From positions 4,224,001 through 4,288,000 of the forward strand of contig CAVWLP010000002.1 in the NCBI GenBank assembly GCA_963755915.1: a stretch of DNA of 64,000 bases. The letters are read 5' to 3'. Below are positions 45,502 to 55,227 of the stretch, one piece after another. Under the pieces are notes generated by a model. It was given only the letters and a program-made list of their open reading frames with translations, was not told the origin of the DNA and ran no database searches. Every line of letters starts with the position of its first letter. Position 1 is the first letter of the stretch. Source of the stretch: an uncultured Phycisphaerales bacterium. Its GTDB lineage: Bacteria > Planctomycetota > Phycisphaerae > Tepidisphaerales > Tepidisphaeraceae. A program made the position numbers and the translations under genes.

Positions 45502-46638
45502 CTAAAACGGCTGGCTGGCCGCCGTCGAAAAACGATATTCCGTGATCTGCCGGTAAACATCTCCCGGGTGCAGCAACGTGCTCGGGAAATTCGCGTGATT
45601 CACCGAATCGGGAAAATGCTGGCACTCCAGAACCAGCGCCCCATATTGGTTGTAAACGGTTCCCTTCTTCCCTTTATACGAGCCGTCCAGAAAGTTCCCG
45701 GAGTAAAACTGAACGCCCGGCTCGGTCGTCCAGACCTGCATCCATCGCCCCGATTCCGGCTCATAAACGTCAACCGCCTTGGCGAAGGAACCATCCTGGT
45801 TTGACAGGGCCAAATTGTGGTCGTAGCCAACCGGATCGCCCCCCATCGCCTTCAGGTCCTTGCCGATGGGCTTGGGCGAGGTGAAGTCGATCGGCGTGCC
45901 TGACACTGGAGCAATTTCTCCGGTCGGAATCAGCGTGGCGTCCACCGGTGTGTAATGATCCCCATAGATTCGCAGGATGTGGCCGAAAATATCCGATTGG
46001 CCGCCGTCTTTGAGATTCCAATAGGTGTGATTGGTCAGATTGACCGGCGTGGTCCGATCTGTCGTCGCAAAGTACTGGATTTTCACGGCATTTGTGTCAG
46101 TGAGGGAATAGATGACCGTGACTTTCAATGTGCCGGGAAACCCTTCAGTCCCGTCCGGATCGACAAGCTGGAACCGAACCGACGGCCCGTCGGCAGTCAT
46201 GGCGGCATCGGCGTTCCAGACCCGTTTGTCGAATCCTCGAAAGCCGCCGTGCAGAGAATTGGCGCCGTTGTTCACGGGCACGCAATAGCGGGCTCCGTCG
46301 ATCTGAAACATCCCTTTCGCGATTCGGTTCCCGACACGCCCGATGATCGCACCGAAATAAGGGCTTTTGTTTTCGTAGTCGGCAATGTTGTCAAAGCCCA
46401 GGACAACGTCTCCCATGTTGCCATTTTTGTCCGGCACGATCAGGCTGGTGACCGTCGCGCCGTACGTCATCAGGCCAAGCGATGCCCCCTTGGAATTGGT
46501 CAGTGTGTACTGTTGAACGCTCTGACCATCCGCCGTGGTTCCAAAATCACTTTTCTTGATCTCGTCGGCATTCAGCAGATTCGGCAAAATCAAAGGCAAG
46601 CAGAAGCAGACCGCTACGAGGTGCTTTTTGATCATCAT
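45502..46638 (-). CDS. galM: Aldose 1-epimerase (mutarotase) with signal peptide
   Basis: GRVGNRIA, LHGG, NLTNHTYWNL, GYDHN, ECQHFPDS. Confidence 0.93.
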   Translation of the reverse strand: MMIKKHLVAVCFCLPLILPNLLNADEIKKSDFGTTADGQSVQQYTLTNSKGASLGLMTYGATVTSLIVPDKNGNMGDVVLGFDNIADYENKSPYFGAIIGRVGNRIAKGMFQIDGARYCVPVNNGANSLHGGFRGFDKRVWNADAAMTADGPSVRFQLVDPDGTEGFPGTLKVTVIYSLTDTNAVKIQYFATTDRTTPVNLTNHTYWNLKDGGQSDIFGHILRIYGDHYTPVDATLIPTGEIAPVSGTPIDFTSPKPIGKDLKAMGGDPVGYDHNLALSNQDGSFAKAVDVYEPESGRWMQVWTTEPGVQFYSGNFLDGSYKGKKGTVYNQYGALVLECQHFPDSVNHANFPSTLLHPGDVYRQITEYRFSTAASQPF

Positions 46639-46689
46639 TTGTTTCTCCATGGACAATGAATTTGATTGGGAAGCCGCTGGAATTTGCTG

Positions 46690-49268
46690 CTATTCATTCG
46701 GGATCACGTTGGCCAGGCCGATATCGATGTCCTGCCCCCCCACCGTCTGATGACAGTGGGCGGCAATCGTCACCGTCTCCCCGGGCTTGAGCAGCGCCCT
46801 GGCATCATCGTTGATCTCCATCGGTTTGTAGGCCGGGAAAAACCCCGCTTCGCTCGTGGCCAAAACACCATTCACGTAAATCTCAATGTCTTCATCGTGA
46901 TAGACGACAAACTGCGCCTTGGCAGGGTCGAGATTATCGGGTAGCCGAACCTGGCGGCGGATCCAGATGTCGTCGGTGTCCCAGCGCGTGCCAATGACGG
47001 TGTTTGGCGTTCCCTGCGTGCCGAAACTCGCGGGCCCGGATTTCCAACCCGAAGCGTCAAAATCGGGCTTGGTCCACGCGTCGCCGCTGGGAGCATCGGT
47101 GGTGTATTGCCAGACTGCCGCCTGCACGCGCGCATCGGGGACAACCTCAAATACCTTCGGCGGCTTGGGCAGAGGGGCCCAATTGCCCACGCTCTGTGTG
47201 TCGCGCTTCGACCATTTCTGCCAGGTCGGTCTATCCGAGAGCAGCTTGATGAACACGCCGCCGATCACCGGCCGCGCGTGCATTCCGTTGCTATCGACGC
47301 TGTCGGTGACGTAGCTGTCGACAAACGGCACGCGCGAGGTGGTCTCGTTCAAATAATCGACGATCGGATCGACAATCGCATGAAAATCCGCCGGCTCGGT
47401 CGCTAACGTCGCGCTCCACAGCGACCAATCTGTCTTTGTTAAATGCGTTCGGCTGTCCAGCGGCAGGCCGTAAGGCTGCAACTGCGTTTTGTAATACGCG
47501 ATTTCCCGGGCCGCCACTTCCGGGGGGAAAACATTCAGGCCAAGAATTTTGTCCCAGACCAGGTTGTATTTCTGGCTCCAGGTCCCCGGCTTATCGAACG
47601 CCAGCAGCGAATGATCCCCCGCATCGGCAACTTGCATCCAGTGCCGGGCGTCGACCTTGGCCATGTCCATGTATCTCTGGGCGGTCGCGCTGTCTCCGGA
47701 CATCTGACAAAGATCACCATACGCGGCCAGCGCCAGAATCGCCTTGATCGAAAGATTGGCGTTGTGCGCCAGATGGCCCATGAAGTCATCCGTGCAAAGC
47801 TGATCTTCCGGATCGAGCCCATAGTTTTCGAGATAGTGGGCCCACTGTGTGAGCTGCGGCCACCACGGCCGAAGCCAATCAGCGGATCCTTCCTCCTGGG
47901 CGACAGCATCGCAGAGAATGATCATGTTGCCGCTCTCTTCGACGGGCATTCCTTCGCCCCCGTCATCGCGACCGCCGACAACGGGATAAGTTCCCAGATC
48001 GTGCGGCGCATTGGGAAACTTCCAGTGCGGACTTGCCGCATACATCAGGTCCGGAACCAGCGACGCCTTCGCCAACGTCGGGCTCAGCAGAATCCAGATC
48101 GGATCCATGGGGAAAATGACGTCGACGGTGGCGATGTCGCCGTTGCTGGTATTTTCCTTGGTAAACAGCAGCGGCTGCCCGTGCGAATCGGCGGCGATAC
48201 CGCAGGCGGCCCAGGCCTGCCGATAGGCGAGGGAAACGATGTTGGCATAACTGTCGCCGCCCATGCGCCGGGCATCGGCGACGAGATCGGCATCGAACTG
48301 CGCATTGCGGCGCCAGACTGGAATAATCAGCGGCCGCTTTCTGGAATAGTTCGGCAGGCGTGTCGCCGCCCCGGCGCCAATACGGCTGCAGCGGCCTGCC
48401 GAAATAGAGAATCGATTGAACTTCGTCGTAAGCGACCATCACCTGCCGGGAAACAGGAGCGGCCGCGACACTTCCGAGATCAAACGCAAACGCGCAGATC
48501 GGTTGGTCATCGCTCACCGCTCGCGGCTGCCGCGTGTCATCGGTGGCAGGAAGATTTCCAGATCCCGTGAATGAATCCAGCAGCTCCGTCATTCCACCGA
48601 TCGCGCAAGTGGATTGATCGGACCGCGCCCCGGTGTACGCGTAACCCCAGTCGATCCGTGTGTCATCACCAGGATTGCTCAGGCGCTGCTGAAGCCGGCT
48701 GCCAACTTTCAGTAGCGTCAGGTCCCCCGCCGACTCGCGGCCCCACGTCACCGCTTCCGTCGGCTTATCAACCGCCAGCTCGGAACTCGTGCTGTAAAAG
48801 AGCTGCACTGAATGCGTCTGCCCATCGACCGATCTCACCTGCCAGGTCAGATACGTCAGCGGCCGGCTCATCACATCAAGATTCTGCGGCAGCAGCGGCG
48901 TTATAAAGGTCAGCGTCACATGCACCCCGGCGCCTTCAAAGTCGTAAACCGTCGTCGTCGGCATCACCGACAGAGAAACCTGCGGCAGCGCAGGCGCCGC
49001 GTGCGGATGACGCCCCATGATGCGATAGGGCCGCCCATCCACGCGAATCATGCTCAGCAGCGATTGGACGTGTCCGGTCCAGTGCGTGGTATTGCGATCG
49101 TTCAGGCGATCGGCCGCCGACCAGATGCTCAGATATGGATCCGTCGTCACCAGCGGCACCGCCGGCGGGCGAAACGGCGCCGACTGCGCAAATCCGCGCC
49201 GCGACGCCGGCATTAACGACCACCAAGATTGAGAAGATCCCGCGCCAACCGAACCTGATAAAATTCAT
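46690..49268 (-). CDS. DUF5127/DUF4965/DUF1793 (GtaA-like) protein with C-terminal sugar-binding-like domain; apparent frameshifts at ~49198 and ~48301
   Basis: RPPAVPLVTTDPYLSIWS, KENTSNGDIATVDV, APHDLGTYP, MPVEESGNM, QLCTDDFMG, WSQKYNLVWD, ARPVIGG. Confidence 0.85.
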
Positions 49269-49296
49269 TTTTCGCTCGCTCTCTCTCCGAGGGAGG

Positions 49297-51489
49297 CTAG
49301 AACCTGATCTGCACGGGGATCGGATCCACCGCGTTGTCAAAATGCAGCCTGAGCACGCCATCTCCAAACGACCAATCCCCCTCGTTCACGTGCGCGCCGC
49401 CGACAACGACTGATTCGGGCCGATCCGCGCACGCCACCTGAACGATGCACCTGGTGTTGTCGATTCCGCTGACGGCAAACGAAAGGTTGTCCCCGTCGCG
49501 CCGCTCTCCGGTGACGCGTCCCGTGGCGGATGCAACGCACGGCCGCGAATCCACCAGCCGATCCAAATCCACAAGAAGCGCTCTGTGGTTTGGCGGAAGG
49601 ACAACGTGATTCAAAACCGGCAGCGCCGGATCAAAGAGTGGAATGAAATGCCCGCTCAACTCGACCGGATCGGTCGCCGAGGGAAGCACGGCGGCAACGA
49701 CATACGGCCCGCGATGAAGCACGAGTGCCGGGGATTCCTGCCAATCGATTCCCGCGGCAGACGCCCCTGCCTTGCACAAATCGCGCACCCGCTGCGCTCC
49801 TCCGTCTTCCCGTGAGAGCGCCGCCGGCGACTGGGCATCATAAAGCACAATTCCATTGCCCACATGCTGCGGACCGTCAGGCGCCGCCGGCAATCCCAGC
49901 CGCCGGAAAAGATCCAGCCGCGGTGTCGCGTCATGAAAGTCGCCCGTGTTCCACCACTCGCGGACTTTGTTAAACGGGTCCCCGTCGTCGTCAACGACAA
50001 TCAGCACCCCGCCCGCTTTCACCCACTGCACAAGCGCATCGTGCAGCTCCGGCCTCGGCGGCTTCTGACCATCATAACTCAGCAGAAGAATCCGATAGTT
50101 AGAAAGAAACCCGGACATCCCCGCGTCTTCCAATTGCACTGCCTCAACCGGAACCCCGCGATCGATCAGCGGCAGCGCCAACCCAAAGAATTGTCCAAGC
50201 TCAGGATCAGACGCATCCGGCCCCGCCCGCTGGAACATGAGCGTATCGGAAACCAATATTCCGACGCCGCTCGTCCCGCGCCGATCCCAATGCACGGCCG
50301 ATGTGGGCTGCTTCATGTGTCCCAGCGCATGAACAACCGCCTGGAATTCCGTCTGATACTCCTCGCTGATTCCGAAATGCTGCGGGTCGCGGCCGGTGTT
50401 CACCGGGTAATACCCCCGAAAAACCCGCTCCGGCCAGGGGACGATTTCAAACTTATATACCTCCGGTTGAAACAGCGAAGCCGTCAGTGTGCTCTCCCAG
50501 TTATATCGGTAATCCGCCCAGGTGTGAGTCGGATTGTCCTCCACCGGATCGTTCAAAAACCACATATCCCGCCCCGAGGCGCGCACCAGGTTCTGCATCT
50601 GCCCATATTCCAGGAACGCCGTCTCAAACGTCCGCTCTTCTTTTCGGCCGTCCAGGAAATTCGGGCTGCGCGACGTTCCCGTCCAGACCTGGGCGATGTA
50701 TCCATCGCATCCCACTTGCAGCAGCGACGATTCCGGACTGACGATTCCCCAGTCGGAGTAATTAATCAGGCTGTGAGTCGCGACGTAGCACTTGACGTTC
50801 CTGCCGATCTGATGCCCGTAATCGCGAACGAATTTGAAAACATCCGCCAGCGCCCGGCGATACAAAAAATATTTCAGCTTTGACGAGCGATACTGCGCCT
50901 CCGGCGAGCTTTCCGGATCCTGCCAGGGCTCGTGATAATATTGCTGCCATTCCAGCTTGAAGTGCGGCTCATATCCTGCCGCCGTCCAGAACTCCGGCTC
51001 TTCGAGGTAGAGCGCACTGGCGCCATCGTCGATCGCCTGCTTCGCCAGCGTTGAGAGATATGCGCCATAAGTCGGCCCCGGCGACATATAATAGACGTTC
51101 AGCCCATGGCCAAGTCGCCTGCCGCTGCGAGTTGTCTGGGCTTCGTCCTCATGGTTCTTGCCGTCGAAGCGGCCGAAGAGGTAATCCTCATAATCGCCCC
51201 ACGCCACGCCGGTCATGAGGTTGATGATGTAGCCATGATCGCGCCAGCTTTTCATGCGTTCTGCAGTGTCGGGCGTAACGCCGTAAACCATCGCCACGTC
51301 GGCATCGAGATTCAGGCGCGGGTGCCAGGCGACGTGTGTCTGAAAGGAAAGAGTCGGTTCGGAGCCGTCCTGAGGCTGGGGCGCGGCGTCATCTGCGCGA
51401 GCGGCGCTCAAGGCAATCGCCATCGCGGCGACAGTCATCGCCAGCAATCGAAGCAGTTTGTCCACCGAATTCCTCCAAGCCAGCGTCAT
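49297..51489 (-). CDS. Secreted 730-aa hypothetical protein, possible uncharacterised glycoside hydrolase
   Basis: Long ORF with signal peptide; aromatic/acidic motifs YLEEPEFW, DGYIAQVWTGT and LNDPVED; first gene of a sugar operon. Confidence 0.7.
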   Translation of the reverse strand: MTLAWRNSVDKLLRLLAMTVAAMAIALSAARADDAAPQPQDGSEPTLSFQTHVAWHPRLNLDADVAMVYGVTPDTAERMKSWRDHGYIINLMTGVAWGDYEDYLFGRFDGKNHEDEAQTTRSGRRLGHGLNVYYMSPGPTYGAYLSTLAKQAIDDGASALYLEEPEFWTAAGYEPHFKLEWQQYYHEPWQDPESSPEAQYRSSKLKYFLYRRALADVFKFVRDYGHQIGRNVKCYVATHSLINYSDWGIVSPESSLLQVGCDGYIAQVWTGTSRSPNFLDGRKEERTFETAFLEYGQMQNLVRASGRDMWFLNDPVEDNPTHTWADYRYNWESTLTASLFQPEVYKFEIVPWPERVFRGYYPVNTGRDPQHFGISEEYQTEFQAVVHALGHMKQPTSAVHWDRRGTSGVGILVSDTLMFQRAGPDASDPELGQFFGLALPLIDRGVPVEAVQLEDAGMSGFLSNYRILLLSYDGQKPPRPELHDALVQWVKAGGVLIVVDDDGDPFNKVREWWNTGDFHDATPRLDLFRRLGLPAAPDGPQHVGNGIVLYDAQSPAALSREDGGAQRVRDLCKAGASAAGIDWQESPALVLHRGPYVVAAVLPSATDPVELSGHFIPLFDPALPVLNHVVLPPNHRALLVDLDRLVDSRPCVASATGRVTGERRDGDNLSFAVSGIDNTRCIVQVACADRPESVVVGGAHVNEGDWSFGDGVLRLHFDNAVDPIPVQIRF

Positions 51490-51624
51490 AACCGCAGAGG
51501 CCGCCGCCTCTATCCGACTTTGAGTTTACTTTGTCTTTGTTTTAATATCCAGATTTGAATTTGCATATGTCTTATCATTAGACTGGCGATCCGAGGTGGA
51601 GGGCGATTTTCGCCCCCAAAGATC

Positions 51625-54162
51625 ATGAAATACCTCCCTGTGTCCCTTGGAATTCTTCTCTCGATAGCCCTCCCGGCGGCCGTCTTTGGGGCTGACTACG
51701 CCCCCGCCGTCGCCAATCTCCAGCCTTTGCGCTCCAATCCTTTTATACCCCTGCCCCTGGGAGATGTTCGCCCGGACGGTTGGCTGCTCACAGAACTGAA
51801 GCTCCAGCGAGACGGAATCACCGGCCACGCCGAGCAAGTCATCCCCCATCTCGGTCCCGACAGCGGCTGGCTGGGTGGAACCTCCAAAGAGGCCGAAAAC
51901 TGGGAAAAAGGCCCCTACTACGTCAAGGGCCTGGTCGCCCTGGCCTACACGCTCGACGACCCAGGACTCAAGCAAAAAGCCCAAAAATGGATCGATTGGT
52001 CGCTGGGCAGCCAGAATCCGGATGGATCCTTCGGCCCACAGTCCAACAACGACTGGTGGCCGCGCATGGTCATGACCTACGCCCTGCGCCAGTATGGCGA
52101 AGCCACCGGCGATCCGCGCGTCGTTCCCATGCTGCAAAAATATCTGCACTACATGCTCCGCGAACTGCCCAGCCGTCCCCTGCACGACTGGAGCAAAGCC
52201 CGCGCTGGCGATCAGATCGACACCGCATTCTGGGTTTACAACCGCACCGGCGATCCTGCCATGCTCCAGGTCGCCGACCTCCTGCACGCCCAGGCATATC
52301 CCTGGACCGACATCTACACCAACAGTCGATACATGCAATTCGGCGACGATTTCCAGCCCCGCCACGGCGTGAACGTGACCCAGGCCCTCAAAATGCCGCC
52401 CGTCTGGTATCAGCGCTCCGGTGACGACGCTGACCGCGACGCATTTCGAATCGGCCTCGAGCACCTCCTCCACGGCACCACGTTTCCGCTGGACGTTCTG
52501 ACCGGCACGGAAATGCTCTCCGGCCGATCCGCCATTCAAGGCGTCGAAACCTGTGCCGTCGTCGAGCAGATGCTCAGCGACGAAACCGCCTTTGCGATCC
52601 TGGCCGATCCCGCGATCTCCGACGCGCTGGAACGCACCGCCTATAACGCCCTCCCCGGCGCCATGACCAAAGACCTGAAGCTCTACCAGTATTACACCCC
52701 GACGAACAACGTCATTGCCATCCGCGGCGGCCACGGATTCGACCAGGACTATTCCGATGGCATGATGCCGGGCCCCGTCTCCGGATTTCAATGCTGCTGC
52801 TACGACCTGCACATGGGCTGGCCCATGCTCGTGCAGCACGCCTGGATGGCCACCGCGGATGGCGGCTTCGCGCCGATGATCTACGCGCCAACCGTCGTAC
52901 ACGCCAATCTTCCAAAAGCCGGCGAAGTAACGATCCATGAACAAACCGATTATCCATTCGACGGTAACGTCCGCATCTCCATCTCCCCGGCGCACGCCGC
53001 AACTTTTCCCCTGCGCCTTCGCATCCCCGGCTGGTGCCCAAATGCCCAGTTGTCAGTCAACGGCGAATCCCAGCCCCCGCCCATCGCCGGCGGCTTCGTA
53101 ACCATCAACCGCCTCTGGTCCGATGGCGATCACGTCGATCTTTCCCTGCCCATGCCCCTGGCCGCGATTCCCGGCGTAAACAATTCCATCTCGATTTCCC
53201 GCGGCCCCCTGGTCTTTTCCCTGCGGATACCCGAGCACAAGAAGCCTGTGGCGCCCGGCCCCGATGGATTCGTGCAATTGGAAATCACCTCGCCCGACCC
53301 GTGGAATTTTGCCCTCGCGGTCGATCCGCAGAACCTCGCGGCTAGCGTAGACGTTCAGACTTCGCCGCTGCCCCGCGGAAGTCCATTTCAGCCCGGCGCC
53401 AGCCCGGTAAAGCTGGTCGTCCCCGGCCGGTTGGTTCCCTCCTGGCGAACAAATTGGACCGGCCGAGTCGCCGAAGACCCTCCCCTCAGCCCAATTTCTT
53501 CGGATCAGCCCCAGCAAACCGTCACGCTCGTCCCCTTCGGCGCCCAAACCCTTCGCGTCACAGCATTCCCCTGGCTCGGCACGCCATTGGCTGCTGCCTC
53601 AGAATATCACTGCGATTTCCACGACACCGACGCCCCCGGCTGGGTCGACTACGGCGGAAGCTGGGACGTCGAAAACGGCCGCCTCTGCGCACCCGCTGCC
53701 GCCGGAACCAGCGGCGTCAAAGCCGTCGCCACCAGCACCAATTTTTCCGATTTCACCTACGACGCCGACATCACCCCCGCCTCCTCCGGCGACACCGGCC
53801 TCATTTTCCGCGTCTCCCGCCCAAGCCTCGGCGACAACGCCTTCGACGGCTACTACGTTGGCGTTTACCCAGCCGGCTCCCAGATCGTTCTTGGCAGATG
53901 CGCCGCCGCGGATAATTCCTGGACCCCCATCACCCAAGCCCCATTATCCGTTCAACCGGGAATACCCCTGCATCTTCGGGTCGTCGCCACCGGCCCAAAC
54001 ATCCGCGTCTTCGCCGCCGGCGATACGACGCCCATCCTGACAGCCAGTGACACAAGTTACGCCTCCGGCGCCATCGGCGTCCGCCGCTACGCAACTTCTT
54101 CAGCCACACGCGCTGCCTTCGCCAATCTCTCGATCGTAAGCATTTCCCCACCGCACCCCTGA
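51625..54162 (+). CDS. GH127/GH146-like (beta-L-arabinofuranosidase-domain) protein with C-terminal DUF1080/ConA-like domain
   Basis: WEKGPYY, HGVN, ETCAVVE, LERTAYNALP, CCC..LHMGWP, TDYPF, LRIPGW, LVPFG. Confidence 0.85.
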   Translation: MKYLPVSLGILLSIALPAAVFGADYAPAVANLQPLRSNPFIPLPLGDVRPDGWLLTELKLQRDGITGHAEQVIPHLGPDSGWLGGTSKEAENWEKGPYYVKGLVALAYTLDDPGLKQKAQKWIDWSLGSQNPDGSFGPQSNNDWWPRMVMTYALRQYGEATGDPRVVPMLQKYLHYMLRELPSRPLHDWSKARAGDQIDTAFWVYNRTGDPAMLQVADLLHAQAYPWTDIYTNSRYMQFGDDFQPRHGVNVTQALKMPPVWYQRSGDDADRDAFRIGLEHLLHGTTFPLDVLTGTEMLSGRSAIQGVETCAVVEQMLSDETAFAILADPAISDALERTAYNALPGAMTKDLKLYQYYTPTNNVIAIRGGHGFDQDYSDGMMPGPVSGFQCCCYDLHMGWPMLVQHAWMATADGGFAPMIYAPTVVHANLPKAGEVTIHEQTDYPFDGNVRISISPAHAATFPLRLRIPGWCPNAQLSVNGESQPPPIAGGFVTINRLWSDGDHVDLSLPMPLAAIPGVNNSISISRGPLVFSLRIPEHKKPVAPGPDGFVQLEITSPDPWNFALAVDPQNLAASVDVQTSPLPRGSPFQPGASPVKLVVPGRLVPSWRTNWTGRVAEDPPLSPISSDQPQQTVTLVPFGAQTLRVTAFPWLGTPLAAASEYHCDFHDTDAPGWVDYGGSWDVENGRLCAPAAAGTSGVKAVATSTNFSDFTYDADITPASSGDTGLIFRVSRPSLGDNAFDGYYVGVYPAGSQIVLGRCAAADNSWTPITQAPLSVQPGIPLHLRVVATGPNIRVFAAGDTTPILTASDTSYASGAIGVRRYATSSATRAAFANLSIVSISPPHP

Positions 54163-54170
54163 AACAAAAA

Positions 54171-54203
54171 AAGCCGCGGACGCTTGGCGAGTCCGCGACT
54201 TTC
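54171..54203. terminator. Bidirectional intrinsic terminator between convergent genes
   Basis: AAAGCCGCGGAC-loop-GTCCGCGACTTT hairpin preceded by an A7 run (U-tract on the minus strand). Confidence 0.75.
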
Positions 54204-54234
54204 AAATCCCTTGGAGGGAAGGGATAGACTTTCG

Positions 54235-55194
54235 TCATGGCAGAAAATCGTGGTTCCATTGCGGAGAGATTTGCCCCCACACAGCGTTGTCGTATCTCCC
54301 AGCGGCGATGTTTGGATTGGCGATATTGTATAGGACCAGTAGCTTCTGAGGCTTCCAGGCAACGTGCCCGTCGGCATACAAAAGATTCGCTCCGCCACGG
54401 TGAATGACTCCCGGCGCCTCTTCTGGATTGCAGGGGTCGAGGTTCATGTTGTAGCCATCTCCGCCGGTGATCGCCGCATTATTATCGCCGATGACGATCA
54501 CCTCCGAGGCATGGTGAACCTGCGACGCCTTTAGCTCTGATGAGATAATGGAGCAACTACCAAGGTGTGAATTGCTTCCAGGACTTGTTGGGGAATTCCA
54601 CAGGTCTGCGCCAAATCCGCGACACAAAAATACTCCCGATTGGGGCCATGGTATGGAGTTGGCCGTTGCCTGCCAGGCAGTACCCAAATTATTGAAATCC
54701 CATGATCCCCAATCGTTATACCCGTAAGACCACCTGCGGCCTAGTTCGGTGAGTAGATACTCGCCAGGGCGATACCCAGAGCCGGAATCACAATCCTCAG
54801 CAATATATGGGGCGCCTGGACCCGGAGTATAGGTCGGAGGGAGGGTCGTCCATTGATAGCTCGAATCCTCCGACGGACAATAGAAGACGTTCTGAACGCC
54901 CGGTTGGTTGCCCATGTACATCCGCAACCGCGTAGGCCACACGGCGAAGTGTGGCGCACCGGTGGACGGGTTATCAGAAGCCCCTTGCCATCGGCACCCA
55001 GGATAGTACGCCGTGTCATCGATGTACATCGTCATCGCAAGGCCCATCTGCCGCAGATTCGAAGCGCACTGCACTTCCTGGGCCTGCTTTCGAGCCTTGT
55101 TCAGCGCGGGAAGGAGCATCGCGATCAGGATCGCAATGATGCCGATCACCACAAGGAGTTCCACGAGGGTAAATGCTCTATTCCGCTTTGCCAT
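54235..55194 (-). CDS. Prepilin-type / DUF1559 protein with H-X9-DG motif
   Basis: [51 protein letters not shown]. Confidence 0.93.
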   Translation of the reverse strand: MAKRNRAFTLVELLVVIGIIAILIAMLLPALNKARKQAQEVQCASNLRQMGLAMTMYIDDTAYYPGCRWQGASDNPSTGAPHFAVWPTRLRMYMGNQPGVQNVFYCPSEDSSYQWTTLPPTYTPGPGAPYIAEDCDSGSGYRPGEYLLTELGRRWSYGYNDWGSWDFNNLGTAWQATANSIPWPQSGVFLCRGFGADLWNSPTSPGSNSHLGSCSIISSELKASQVHHASEVIVIGDNNAAITGGDGYNMNLDPCNPEEAPGVIHRGGANLLYADGHVAWKPQKLLVLYNIANPNIAAGRYDNAVWGQISPQWNHDFLP

Positions 55195-55227
55195 CTATCA
55201 CCTCGTCTTTGCGCCAAAGCAGCGCAC

